Source: Mytilus edulis (Eukaryota). From it: a DNA stretch of 64,000 nucleotides. Positions 1-14,400 of the stretch are shown piece after piece. Under the pieces are notes generated by a model. It ran no database searches and was not told where the DNA came from. It saw nothing but the letters and a program-made list of their open reading frames with translations. The translations under genes and the position numbers were made by a program. The DNA lies in assembly GCF_963676685.1 (NCBI RefSeq), contig NC_092347.1:42408001-42472000 (forward strand), given 5' to 3'. The stretch's first letter is position 1. The number at the start of each line of letters is the position of its first letter.

Positions 1-958
1 GCTTCAAAATGACAAATGAAAAAAATGAAATATGTACTAAAACAATGAACGGAAAACAAATATGATATACAGCAACAAATGACAACCTCTGGTTTACAGG
101 CTCCTAAGTAGGAACAGGCATATATATTTATATATATATACATAATGTGACAGGGTTAAATCATGTTAAAGGCGCCAAGCATTCATGACCTTGGAAAATG
201 GTGTAACGATTGGAATATTCGATTAAAAAAAATAAAATAATTAAAAATGAGCTTTCCAAAATTTTCTGTACTTGTAAAACGAAGATGTGGTACGATTACC
301 GATGAGACAACTCTCCACAAGAGACAAAATTACACAGAAATCAACAGAACAGTATGATCAATGATCGAGATCTTCATTTGTACTTGTGAGAGAACGAAAC
401 GGATGCAATCAACTGAAAACCAAGATATCTTATCCTAATCAATTAATTAATCAATATGTCTACGACATCTTTAGAATTTCACTCATTTCAAGTGTTTATT
501 TCATCGCATGTTATTTAAAGCAAATGTCTAAACTTCTTGAGATAGCGGATAACTGCAAGCTATTTTCTTCTAACTAGAGTATTAATATAGAAAAACATGT
601 ATGAGAAATCTGATAAGGACAGAACAGCCCATCTCCGAACCGTAACCACCAACAGAAGTTTCATCTTTAAAGACATTTATGAAGCAACATAATAATGAGA
701 AAATGTAGTAAAATTGCCAACGAAACAATTAGTACAGACGAGAGTCAGATTTTGAACTTTTGTTTAATTTTGTAGACTGGGTATCTCAAATCTTTTTATC
801 TAAAAAAAAACGAAATGCCTTTTGTAGGAACTCTCGAGCTGAAACCTACACTATTCAGGCTAGCTGGGACAATTTACTTTGTTATTTAGTTTTGTCATTT
901 TTGTGCATGGGATCGTTAAAGAGACTGTCAGTGGTTTAAAGCATTGCTTGTCAAAGAC

Positions 959-1267
959 ATAAAATTGAGAATGGAAATGGAGAATGTGTCAAAGCGACAA
1001 CAACCCGACCATAGAGCGGACAACAGTCGAAGGCCACCAATGGGTCTTCAATGTAGCGAGAAACTTCCACACACGGAGGTGTCATTTAGCCGGTCCCTTA
1101 ACAAGATGTATACTAGTTCAGTGATAATGGACGTCATACTAAAATCCGAATTATACACAAGAAACTAATACTAAAAATCATAAAAGACTAACAGAGGCCA
1201 GAGGTCCCTGACTTGGGACAGGGGCAAATTGCGGCGGGGTTAAACATGTTTTTAGAGATATCAACCC
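959..1267 (-). mobile_element. Interspersed repeat, probably the truncated 3' tail of a Penelope-like/non-LTR retroelement; same family as the copies inside the satellite
   Basis: ATAAAATTGAGAATGGAAATGG...GTCAAAGCGACAACAACCCGACCATAGAGC...GGGGTTAAACATG recurs at 8779, 10105 and 11426, and decayed near 57240. All copies share one terminus while the other end varies. Family and strand are from recall. Confidence 0.6.
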
Positions 1268-2103
1268 GCCAAACATGCTCCTTTTGAATAGCGACTGCTC
1301 TCTTTATTCTCAGAATTACTCTTTTCTATTGGAAATAGATATTCTACATTATTAGGTGTCGACTTTAAGTAAGGAATGTAACCTTATCCTTGGAAATGTT
1401 ATATATCTTCTCATTACTTATTGTTTTCAATTAAGGTAGCTGACACAATATTAAGATAGTTTTGCTTTAAAATTATCTATTCCACTAGTTGTTCAAAATT
1501 ATTAGAGTTTGAGCTTTTTCATATCCAGCGGCACATATTACAGTGTAATCCGGATTCACTATTAAACGATTCGGGGAAATTTCTATTGTCAAATTCAATT
1601 TCAAATAATAATATTTATGTTTAACAAAACTATGATCTGTTTGTGAAACGTGAAGGATATATAATGATTGGTGTGTTCATTGTTGGTCTTTAACGCCACT
1701 TTTATCATTATTCGCTATTTCATGGCATGTAGAGAAAAACTGGGACGCCTGGAGAGAGACACTGACCTTCGACATGGAATCTGTCCATCCTTGTCAACTA
1801 CGAATGAAGTGAAACTAAGCACCAAGTGTTCAAACTCTGAAATAAGTAATGAAGCAGTATTTTTCGAATTCACTAATGAAAGAAAATTCAGTTTTCGTTT
1901 TATTTGAATTTTTCAAATTGGAGAAACAAAGAGGTTTTAAAAACGAACTGAAGAATAAAAAGGTAGCAAAATGCTAAGTTCTTTCAAAAATATTCTTTTA
2001 TCGCTAAGAGGCTGGCTTGTCATGCCAAGAAATTGCCTCCGTTGAAATTTCAAACATCCAATAGAGCAAATTACATCGATGATTAATATTGACCTTATGG
2101 TAT

Positions 2104-2806
2104 GGGCACAGGACGTTTGCGCTTTTTTACCTGTAAAACGATAGGACATTTGCGCTTCAAATACTATGGACATTTGCGCTTTATGTTTTGATTCACCTGT
2201 ATTAAATTGATTGGACAATTGCGCTTTTTACCTTTGTATAAGTGAACTTGGATGTTCCAAATTTGCAGACTATCTACAAAAATTATGTGACAATTGAATC
2301 ACGATTTACTTGACCCATCCTGCTATGTTTATCTTGTTGAAGAGTATCATTGAACAACACTCAGTGAATTACATTTAGATTCATTATATTGATGATCAGG
2401 CATTCCAGTCAAGAACTGAGAAAGAAAAACTTGATTTTTGTATTTGAAATGTGGACAAAATACCAGTCAGAATAGATAACAAGAGCTACTTATTTTGACT
2501 CTTTAGGCTTCAGATATTAAGCGAAACATGAACTGTGATGACTGTTCGTGTTTTATGTGTTTTAAAATGTTAACTTTTAGCTGTATATAAACTTTTAAAC
2601 ATTTAAAAAAATATGACTTGTCGGTCCCAAGCCAGTATAAAAGAGGAAGGAAGTCATAAAAACAAATATTGCAAAAGCGCAAATGTCCTATGTAAAAAGC
2701 ACAAATGTACATTTTTAAAAAGCGCAAATGTCCTATGATTTGAAGCGCAAGTGTCCAAAATTAAAAGCGCAAATGTCCTATGAAAAAGCGCAAACGTCCC
2801 GCGCCG
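2104..2806. mobile_element. Non-autonomous TIR DNA transposon (MITE) with subterminal GGACATTTGCGC repeats, copy 1
   Basis: Ends GGGCACAGGACGTTTGCGC...GCGCAAACGTCCCGCGCCG. Perfect 8-bp TSD TATGGTAT at 2096-2103 and 2807-2814. Several GGACATTTGCGC motifs at each end, inverted relative to each other. Confidence 0.85.
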
Positions 2807-3131
2807 TATGGTATATGGCCGTTTTCTAAGCGATACGTACATGCAGGTCATACATTAAATTAATTTGTTTAGTAAAAACAAATCTTTAACTACTAATAGG
2901 TGCCGTAGGAGGTCCACAGAATTTTTAGCAAGGATTTCTTAGCTAGATCAGACAATTTAAGAACAGAAAGCATTGCACTGATGTATGTCCATTATTAATT
3001 TTTCAGTAGTCAAAATTCAATGTTAAGTGATGTATATTGAATACTGATATATAGTTTGTATTTCTGTTTTCAAGATAAAAAGTGAAGGTTCAATGTATGG
3101 ACAACCTGAAAACCAAGACATATATATAATT

Positions 3132-3952
3132 CGGCGCGAGACGTTTGCGCTTTTTCATAGGACATTTGCGCTTATTTTTTTTTGACACTTGCGCTTCAAA
3201 TCATAGGACATTTGCACTTTTTAAAAAAGGACATTTGCGCTGTTAACATAGGACATTTGCCCTTTTGCAATATTTGATTTTTATGACTATCATATCTTCC
3301 TCTTTAATACTGGCAGAATAATATTTTTTCTTTATGGTTAAAGGTTTAAAAAAATCATTTAATAGCACATTTCATAGCACATTCATTTCATAGCACATTG
3401 ATATGTGTTTAAAAGTCTATATACACTGAGCTAAAGGTAAACATTCTAAAGACCAAAAACACGTACAGTCATCACAGGTCAGTTTTCGCTTGATATATGA
3501 AGACCAAGGATTGGACAAATTTAGCTCTGTTTATCTGTTCAGACTGGCATTTCGCACACATTTCAAATATATATTCAATATTCTCTTTCCCAATTCTTGA
3601 CAGGGGTGCCTGTTCAACAATATAACGAATCTAATGTGATTCCCATACTGTTGTTCAATGATGCTCTTTAAAAAGATAAAAATATCAGGATGAGTCGAGT
3701 AGAACTGTTCATTATAATGTACAGGGAATGATTCTGGACCATTTGTCGTACTAATGCCAAATATAAGTTAAATTTATTTACGCAATAATTACTTCTCTTT
3801 AAAATTACAGATAGACGACAATAGGTGCAAAAGCGCAAATGTCCGGTCAATTTAATACTGGTGAATCAAAATTTAAAGCGCAAATGTCCATAGTATTTGA
3901 AGCGCAAATGTCGTATCGTTTTACAGGTAAAAAGCGCAAACGTCCTGTGCCC
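3132..3952. mobile_element. Same MITE family, copy 2, inverted relative to copy 1
   Basis: Ends CGGCGCGAGACGTTTGCGC...GCGCAAACGTCCTGTGCCC. 8-bp TSD ATATAATT (3124-3131) / ATATGATT (3953-3960), 1 mismatch. The interior is a diverged reverse complement of copy 1. Confidence 0.85.
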
Positions 3953-4019
3953 ATATGATTAAGATTATTTTTATTTATGTATTTGCTGTTATTTATCCCC
4001 TGATTATAAAACATGTCGA

Positions 4020-7000
4020 TTGAGCCACAATGATTACTACATTGGTTACGGAGGACCTAAATATACCAAAAACACGCAAGACAAGAAAGAAATGCCCAAT
4101 TTTGATTATAATGGAATGGATATTTTAAGTAATGGAATGGATATTTCAAGTAATGGAATGGATATTTTAAGTAATGGAATGGACTTCATCGACCCTTCAG
4201 TCACTAATTACAGATATACTTTATACCTTATTCGAAAGTTTATTTATTGAGGAACAAAAGGTACATAGTTAATTGTGTTCCACAACGCATATTAGAGGAG
4301 TAACAATACCTACATATCGAAATACGCGTGAACATTAAGAAATAGCTTGTTTTAAATGATGAAATGAACTGCTGCGACATTTCATCCCTTAATTCAGGAA
4401 AACTTTATGTACCATTTGAGAGTTCATTGCTGTCGCAATGACCATTAGAAGGATTACGGAGGATCTAAATGACAAAAATACGCGTGAAAAGAAAGAATTT
4501 TGAATGATAGCATGGATATTTTGAATAATGACATGATCTGTTGCGACCCTTCATCCCCTAATTTCAGAAATACCTTTAACCTCATTCGAAAGCTTATTTA
4601 TAGAGGAACTAAAACTTTATAGCTAAAATGTAATGCGGGGAGTAACGAAAGACAAAAAATCGAAATACATGTGAGCATTAAGAAATACAATTGTAGCTTA
4701 TTTTAAATAATGAAATGGATGAATGCGTCCCATTAGCCCATAATTAAGGAAAACGTTGTAACCATTTGAAAGTTCATTGATAGAGAAACAAAAATGGTTT
4801 AGATTATTAATAATATGTGCAGCAACGACCATTAAAGAGGTTGAGGACATAAATGCCAAGATAACAGTGAAGATTTAAAAATAGCCAATTTTGAATGATG
4901 GAATGGATTGCTGTGACCCTTCAACCCCTAATTACAGATATACATAATACCTCATTAGAAAGCCTATTAATAGCAGAACAAAATGTATGTAGTTAATATG
5001 TTCCGCAACGCATATTATAGGAGTAACGAAGGATCTTAATGTCAAAATATGCATAAAAATTATGAAATATAGCTTTTTTAATAATATAATGGACTGCTGC
5101 GACTCGTCAGTAACAATATCGTTATTTAGAGGCAGTAACTCAGGCCCTAATTAGCGAAAACTTTATAGACAAAGTGAAAGCTTATTGATAGAGAAACCAC
5201 AATGACGTTTAATAGGGTTACAGGGGACCAAAATGCCAAAATACGCGTGAAAATAAAATAAAAATAGCCAATTTTAGATAATGGAATTGATTGCTTCGAT
5301 AATTCAGATCCTAATTACAAATAAACATTTTACCTCATTCGAAAGCCTATTAAATGAGGAACAAAAGGTATATAGTTAATATGTTCCACAACGCATATTG
5401 GAGGAGAAATGAAGTACCTAAAAATCGAAATACGGGTGAACATTATAAAATAGCTTATTTTGAATCATGAAATGAACTTCTGCAACCCATAAGCCCTATA
5501 ATTAAGGAAAACTTTATACACCATTTGCAGGGTTATGAATAGAGGAACAAAATTTTTATTGATAATATGTGCCCCAATGACAATTAGAAGGGTTACGGAG
5601 GACCTAAATACCAAAATACGCGTGAAAATTAAGAAATAGACAATTTTGAAAATTGGAATGGATATTTTGAATAATGCAATGGCCTGCTGTGAACCTTCAG
5701 CCCCTAATTACATATGAACCTTATATCTCATTCGAAAGCCTATTAATAGAGGAACAAAAGATATATAGTCAATATGTTCTGCAATGCAAATCTGAGGAGT
5801 AACGAAGGACTTAAAAATCGAAATGGGGGTGGACATTATGGAAAAGCTTACTTTGAATAATGGAATGGACTGATGCGACCTGTCAGCCCCTTATGAAGGA
5901 CAACTTTATACACCACGTGAAAGCTCATTGATAGAGAAACAAAATGTATCAATAATACGTCCCTCAATGACCATAAAAGAGGTAACGGAGGACTTAAATG
6001 CGTGAAAAGAAAGAAATTGCCAATTTTGAATAATTGAATGAATATTTTGAAATAATGACATGAACTACTGTGACCCTTCAGCCCTATAATTACAGAAATA
6101 ACTTCAAGCTCATTCGAAAGCTTAATCATAGAGGAACAAAAGGTATATAATATTTATATTGCTAATATGTTCCGCAACGCGGATGAGTAACGAAGTACCT
6201 AAAAATCGAAATACATGTGAACATTAAGAAGTACAAATGTAGCTTATTTTAAATAATGAAATGGACTGCTGAGACTGTCGGCCCCTAATTAAGGAAAACG
6301 TTATAACCATTTGAAAGTTCATTGATCGAGAAACAAAATGGTTTAGGTTATAAATAATATGTGCCGCAATGACCATTAGAGAGCTCGAGATTACGGAGGA
6401 CATAAATGCCAAAATAACCGTGAAGATTAAGAAATAGCCAATTTTGAATGATGCAAGGGATTGCTGCGACCCTTCAACCCATACTTACATATTTACATGA
6501 TACCTCATTCGAAAGCCTATCAATAGAAGAACAAAATATATGTAGTTAGTATGTTCCGCAACGCATATTAGAGGAGAAACGGAGGATCTAACATGTCGAA
6601 AAATACATAATGCATATTATGTGTCATTTAAAACTCTTATGGACCGTTGTCTCATTAGAAATCATACCACATCTTCTTTTTTATATAAAAATTAAGACAT
6701 AGTTCTTTTTAAGAAAAGAATGAATTGCTGTGACTCGTCAGTAATAAAACTTTATTTAGAGGCAGTAACTCAGTCCCTAAATAAGAAAAACTTTAAATAC
6801 ACCATGTGAAAGCTATTGATAGAAAACCCACAATTACGTTCAAGACGGTTACATAGGACCAAAATGCCAAAAATACGCGTGAAAATTAAGAAATAGCCAA
6901 TTTTGAACAATGGAATGGATATTTTGAATAATGGATTAGATTGCTGCAACACTTCAGCCCCCAAATACAAATATACCTTTTACCTCATTCGAAAGCCTAT

Positions 7001-7120
7001 TAAAAGATGATCAATAAAAATGTTCCGCAAAGCATATTAGAGGAGTAATGAAGTACCTAAAAATCGAAATACGGGTGAAAATTATAAAATAGCTTATTTT
7101 GAATCATGAAATGAACTTCA
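4020..7120. repeat. Satellite array, block 1 (diverged ~185/206-bp monomers)
   Basis: Recurrent AAGAAATAGC...TGAATAATGGAATGGA...CATTCGAAAGCTTATT..AGAGGAACAAAA...GAGGAGTAACGAAGGACCTAAA motifs. The 21-bp subrepeat AATGGAATGGATATTTTAAGT is expanded near 4110-4165. A short foreign repeat is inserted at ~6618-6683. Confidence 0.9.
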
Positions 7121-8124
7121 TAATTATTTTTTTTTTCTAAATGAAAACCAAATATTTGTTTAGCCCCAACATTCATTTTTTCAAGGGGGTATAGTTATAT
7201 TTGCTCGGAACAAACATTTGTTTTCCAAATCGAAGGATAAAACGCCCTGGAACAAACTAACATATTCCCTTTTTTCAATATACATGGTTCCTTTTATAAA
7301 TGAAAAGATGGTCGATGTTTAAAAATAGTTAAAAAAAGACTGTTGCAATTTAAAGTATCATATTAATAATTTTTTGATTCTTTTTTATATCTAATCCTTT
7401 ATCGGTGAAGCAAAATACTTTAGAATGATGTCGAGTACTGTCAGATTAATTATAAATTGCAGCGGAAACTAGAGGATGGAATGTGTACTTGTGGTAGAGA
7501 TGATAAAACAACGACCTTCCCTGTATCAAATATCCGTGAGAAATGCGTAATCAGCATGTTATGTATAATAGCTTACAGTTATATTTCCCGCTTCATTCGC
7601 CCTATCATCATTTAACAATTTTGGACACTATCTAAATAAACATGTTAGTTGGGTTAACATATGCTGATTTATAATGTATAGCTTACAGTTACATTTCCCG
7701 CTCCTTCTTAGTCTCAAAACAAACCAAAGTGTTTGTACATGTATCTGAGTATTAATTTGGAGAACAATTTCGTTTTGGTGTTAAATATATGGTTTTAATA
7801 AAAAGACTTTGAACTGCGAAATATCATTATATAGAAAGATCTTCTGATCTGCACAATTATAATATAATTAAAACAAATAGATGCATGCATTTCTTATTTC
7901 TTTTAATATTTAGACATTTGTTTTAAGGTGACTTCTCACACACATGACCTTTTAGCATATTTATATCTCTTAGAAATCTGAATAATAGGTGGTGTAGGTA
8001 TACATCGACGAGACAGCAATCTAACAACACAAAACTTTTGGGTTTTAACTATTTGTTTATTAACAAATGGTGTGATGAGTGAAAATGGTTTAAACTTGGA
8101 CTATGGATTTTATATAACTACTTA

Positions 8125-8283
8125 CTGTAGATTCAGAAATCATTGCGTGCATTTATTATTGCGATTTTGTCATTTTAGACTTAAATGCGATTTTTAACTT
8201 TTACGAATCTTATTATTGCGTTTACAACTCTGTCGCAATTTTCGCAATAATTAAAAACCTCGCAATAATTTAAGAATTTACAG
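8125..8283. mobile_element. Tc1/mariner-type MITE (TA target duplication)
   Basis: TA|CTGTAGATTCAGAAATCATTGCG...CGCAATAATTTAAGAATTTACAG|TA: imperfect TIRs, with internal ATTGCG/CGCAAT repeats. Confidence 0.75.
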
Positions 8284-8454
8284 TAATATACCTGGCAGTC
8301 TTTAAAGAAATAAAGTAAAATACCACATATATAAGATCTTTAAACTTCATTATTTGCATTTGAAAAACTCAACTCTGTGTGTGTTTACGGCGCTTCACTT
8401 TATATATATATCTCGATAAGAGTGGGGGCCCGGGCCTGAAAAACCCTTCAAATC

Positions 8455-11400
8455 CGTGAAAATTAAGAAATAGCCAATTTTGAATAATGAAATGGATATT
8501 TTGAATAATAAAATGGACTGCTGTGACCCTTTAGTCTCTAATTATTAATATACCTTATACCTCATTCGAAAGCTTATTAAGAGAGGAACTAAAGTTATCA
8601 AGTCAATTTGATCCGCAACGCATATTAAGGGATGACATAGGAACTAAACATCGAAATACGCTTGAACATTAAGAAATAGTTATTTTGAATAAAGGAATGG
8701 ACTGCTGCAAGCCTTTAGTCCCTAATCAAGGCAAAATTAATACACGACGTTAAAGCTTATTGATAGAGGAATAAATTCATAAAATTTAGAAAGGAAATGG
8801 GGAATGTGTCAAAGCGACAACAACCCGACCATAGAGCAGACAACAGCCGAAGTCCACCAATGAATCTTCAATGTAGCGAGAAACTCCCGTACCCGTAGGC
8901 GTTCTTCAGCTGGCCCCTTAAAAAATATGTATACTAGTACAGTGATAATGGACGTCAAACTAAACTCCGAATTATACACAAGAAACTAAAATTAAAAAGC
9001 ATATACAAGACTAATAAAGGCCAGAGGCTCCTGACTTGAGACAGGCGCAGAATTGATGCGGGATTAAACATGTTTGTGAGATCTCAACCCTCCCCCTATA
9101 CCTCTAGCCAATGTAAAAAAGTTAACGCATAACAATACGCACATTAAAATTCAGTTCAAGAGAAGTCTGAGTCCAATGTCAGAACATGAAACAAAAGAAA
9201 ATAGATAAAATGACAATTATGATACATAAATAACAGCAGACTACTAGCAGTTAACTGACATGCCAGCTCCGGACCTCAATTAAACTGATAAAAAGATTAT
9301 GTTTTCATCATATAAATATCAGGCATTAATGATATGTGTCGTAATGACCATTAGAGGGGTTACAGAGGACCTAATGTCCAAAATACTCGTGAAAATTAAG
9401 AAATAGCCAATCTTGAATAATGAAATGGATATTTTGAATAATGGAATGGACAGGTGCGACCATTTAGTCCCTTCTTATAGATATACATTATACTTCATTC
9501 GAAAGCTTATTAAGAGATGAACAAAAGGTATATAGTCGATATTTTCAGCAACGCATATTAGAGGAGTAACGAAGGAACTAAACATCGGAATACGCTTGAA
9601 CATTAAGAAATAGCTTATTTTGAATAACGGTATGGACTGCTGAAAGCCGTTAGCCCCTAATCTTGGCAAAATTAATACACGGAATTAAAGCTTATTGATA
9701 GAGGAATTAATTTAGTTTAAACGATATGTGCCGTACTGACCATTAGAGTGGTTACGGAGTACCTAAATGCCAAAATACGCGTGAAAATGTAGAAATCGCC
9801 AATTTTGAATAATGAAATGGATATTTTGAATAATGGAATGGACTGTTGCGAGACTTTAGCCCCTTATTATAGAAATACCTTCAACCACAATCGAAAGCTT
9901 ATTAAGAGAGAAACAAATATATATAGTTGATAAGTTCCGCAACGCATATTTGAAGAGTAACGAAGGACCTAAACATCGAAATACGCTTGAACATACAAAA
10001 ATAGTTTATTTTGAATAATGGAAAGGACTGCTGCAAGTCATTAGCCCTTAATCAAGGCAAAATTAATACACGAAATTAAAGCTTATTGATAGAGGAATCA
10101 ATTGATAAAATTTAGAAGGGAAATGGGAAATTTGTCAAAGCGACAACAACCCGACCATAGAGCAGACAACAGCCGAAATCCACCAATGGGTCTTCATTGG
10201 AGCGAGAAACTCCCTTACCCGTAGGCGTCCTCCAGCTAGCCCCTTTAAACATATGTATACTAGTACAGTGATAATGGACGTCATACAAAACTCCGAATTA
10301 TACACAAGAAACTAAAATAAAAAGTCATACAAGACTAACAAAGGCCAGAGGCTCCTGACTTGAGACAGGCGCAAAATTGCGGCGGGGTTAAACATGTTTA
10401 TGAGATCTCAACCCTCCCCTATACCTCTAGCCAATGTAGAAAAGTTAACGCATAAAAATACGCACATTAAAATTCAGTTCAAGAGAAGTCTGAGTCCGAT
10501 GTCAGAAGATGAAACAAAAGAAAATAAATAAAATGACAATAATACATAAATAACAGCAGACTACTAGCAGTTAACTGACATGCCAGCTCCGGACCTCAAT
10601 TAAACTGATAAAAAGATTATGTTTTCATCATATAAATATCAGGCATTAATGATATGTGTCGTAATGACCATTAGAGGGGTTACAGAGGACCTAATGTCCA
10701 AAATACTCGTGAAAATTAAGAAATAGCCAATCTTGAATAATGAAATGGATATTTTGAATAATGGAATGGACAGGTGCGACCATTTAGTCCCTTCTTATAG
10801 ATATACATTATACTTCATTCGAAAGCTTATTAAGAGATGAACAAAAGGTATATAGTCGATATTTTCAGCAACGCATATTAGAGGAGTAACGAAGGAACTA
10901 AACATCGGAATACGCTTGAACATTAAGAAATAGCTTATTTTGAATAACGGTATGGACTGCTGAAAGCCGTTAGCCCCTAATCTTGGCAAAATTAATACAC
11001 GGAATTAAAGCTTATTGATAGAGGAATTAATTTAGTTTAAACGATATGTGCCGTACTGACCATTAGAGTGGTTACGGAGTACCTAAATGCCAAAATACGC
11101 GTGAAAATGTAGAAATCGCCAATTTTGAATAATGAAATGGATATTTTGAATAATGGAATGGACTGTTGCGAGACTTTAGCCCCTTATTATAGAAATACCT
11201 TCAACCACAATCGAAAGCTTATTAAGAGAGAAACAAAATATATATAGTTGATAAGTTCCGCAACGCATATTTGAAGAGTAACGAAGGACCTAAACATCGA
11301 AATACGCTTGAACATAAAAAAATAGTTTATTTTGAATAATGGAAAGGACTGCTGCAAGTCATTAGCCCTTAATCAAGGCAAAATTAATACACGAAATTAA

Positions 11401-14400
11401 AGCTTATTGATAGAGGAATCAATTGATAAAATTTAGAAGGGAAATGGGAAATTTGTCAAAGCGACAACAACCCGACCATAGAGCAGACAACAGCCGAAAT
11501 CCACCAATGGGTCTTCATTGGAGCGAGAAACTCCCTTACCCGTAGGCGTCCTCCAGCTAGCCCCTTTAAACATATGTATACTAGTACAGTGATAATGGAC
11601 GTCATACAAAACTCTGAATTATACACAAGAAACTAAAATAAAAAGTCATACAAGACTAACAAAGGCCAGAGGCTCCTGACTTGAGACAGGCGCAAAATTG
11701 CGGCGGGGTTAAACATGTTTATGAGATCTCAACCCTCCCCTATACCTCTAGCCAATGTAGAAAAGTTAACGCATAAAAATACGCACATTAAAATTCAGTT
11801 CAAGAGAAGTCTGAGTCCGATGTCAGAAGATGAAACAAAAGAAAATAAATAAAATGACAATAATACATAAATAACAGCAGACTACTAGCAGTTAACTGAC
11901 ATGCCAGCTCCGGACCTCAATTAAACTGATAAAAAGATTATGTTTTCATCATATAAATATCAGGCATTAATGATATGTGTCGTAATGACCATTAGAGGGG
12001 TTACAGAGGACCTAATGTCCAAAATACTCGTGAAAATTAAGAAATAGCCAATCTTGAATAATGAAATGGATATTTTGAATAATGGAATGGACAGGTGCGA
12101 CCATTTAGTCCCTTCTTATAGATATACATTATACTTCATTCGAAAGCTTATTAAGAGATGAACAAAAGGTATATAGTCGATATTTTCAGCAACGCATATT
12201 AGAGGAGTAACGAAGGAACTAAACATCGGAATACGCTTGAACATTAAGAAATAGCTTATTTTGAATAACGGTATGGACTGCTGAAAGCCGTTAGCCCCTA
12301 ATCTTGGCAAAATTAATACACGGAATTAAAGCTTATTGATAGAGGAATTAATTTAGTTTAAACGATATGTGCCGTACTGACCATTAGAGTGGTTACGGAG
12401 TACCTAAATGCCAAAATACGCGTGAAAATGTAGAAATCGCCAATTTTGAATAATGAAATGGATATTTTGAATAATGGAATGGACTGTTGCGAGACTTTAG
12501 CCCCTTATTATAGAAATACCTTCAACCACAATCGAAAGCTTATTAAGAGAGAAACAAAATATATATAGTTGATAAGTTCCGCAACGCATATTTGAAGAGT
12601 AACGAAGGACCTAAACATCGAAATACGCTTGAACATAAAAAAATAGTTTATTTTGATATAATGGAAAGGACTGCTGCAAGTCATTAGCCCTTAATCAAGG
12701 CAAAATTTATACACCAAATTAAAGCTTATTGGTAGAGGAATAAGCGGAGTATAAACGATATGTGCGACAATGGCCATAAGAAAATCAAGAAATAGCCAAT
12801 CTTGAATATGAAATGGATATTGATTTATGGGATGGACTGCTGCCACCAATTAGCCTGAACTATAGATATACCTTATACCTCATTCGAAAGCTTATTAAGA
12901 GAGGAAAGAATGATATATAGTCGATTTGTTCTGCAACACATATTAGAGGAGTAACGAAGGATCTCAACATCGAAATACGCTTGAACATTAAGAAATAGAT
13001 TATTTTGAATAATGAAATGGATTGCTGCAAGCCCTCAGACTGTAATCAATGCAGCAAGTATACACCAAATTAAAGCTTATTGATAAAACAATTAACTGAT
13101 TATAAACGATATGTTCTTCAACGCATATTAGAGGAGTAACGAAGGAACTAAACATCGGAATACGTTTGAACATGAAGAAATAGCTTATTTTGAATAACGG
13201 AATGGACTGCTGCAAGCCGTTAGCCCCTTATCAAGGAAAAATTAATGCAACAAATTAAAGCTTTTTGATAGAGGAATAACATAAGTATCAATGATATGTG
13301 CCGTAATGACCATTAGAGGGGTTACGGAGGACCTAATGTCCAAAATACGCGTGAAAATTAAGAAATAGCCAATCTTCAATTATGAAATGGATATTTTGAA
13401 TAATGGAATGGACTGTTGCGAGACTTTGGTCCCTAATCATAGATATACATTATACTCCATTCGAAAACCTATTAAGAGATGAACAAAAGGTATATAGTCT
13501 ATATTTTCAGCAACGCATATTAGAGGAGTAACGAAGGAATTAAACAGCGAAATACGCTTGAACATTAAAAAATAGCTTATTTTGAATAACGGAATGGACT
13601 GCTGAAAGCCGTTAGCCCCTAATTTCGGCAAAATTGATACACGGAATTAAAGCTTATTGATAGAGGAATTAATTTAGTTTAAACTGTATGTGCCGTACTG
13701 ACAATTAGAGTGGTTACGGAGTACCTAAATGACAAAATACGCGTGAAAATGTAGAAATCGCCAATTTGAATAATGAAATGGATATTTTGAATTATGGAAT
13801 AGACTGTTGCAAGACTTTAGTCCCTAATTATAGAAATACCTTCAACCACATTCGAAAGCTTATAAAGAGAGAAACAAAATATATACAGTTGATGAGTTCC
13901 GTAAGGCATAATAGAAGAGTAACGAAGGACCTAAACATCGAAATACGCTTGAACATAAAAAAAATTAGCTTATTTTGAATAACGGAATGGACTGTTGCAA
14001 GCCGTTAGCCTATAATCAAGGCAAAATAAATACACCAAATGAGAACTTATTGGTAATGGAATAAACTGAGTATAAACTATATGTGCAGCATTGACTATTA
14101 AAGGGGTTGTGGGGGACCTAAATGCTAAAATACGCCTGAAAATTAAGACAAATAAGAAATTTTAAATAACAAAATGAATGATTGCAATAATGGAACGGAC
14201 TGGTGCGATATTTTAGCTCTAATTATAGATATACATTATATCTCATTCGAAAGCTTTTTAGCAGAGGAACAAAAGGTATACAGTCGATATATTCCGTATC
14301 GCATATTCGAGGAATAAAGAAGGAACTTTACCTCGAAATACGCTTGAACATTGAGAAATAGCTTATTTAGAATAACGGAATAGATTGCTATAAGCCGTCA

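Noticed and set aside
1081-1150. Possible SECIS in the retroelement tail (minus-strand ATGA...AA)
   Set aside because: Spacing and pairing do not give the AUGAN/NGAN quartet with a proper helix II.
9475-13631. Repeated 64-aa ORFs (MPRLGANGFQQSIP...) as a peptide gene family
   Set aside because: They are chance frames in satellite monomers with non-ATG starts; their identity follows from DNA duplication.
12116-13631. A fourth unit at exactly +1321 bp, suggesting length conservation
   Set aside because: This interval lacks the retroelement tail; seven monomers, one partly deleted, happen to sum to 1321. I treat it as coincidence.
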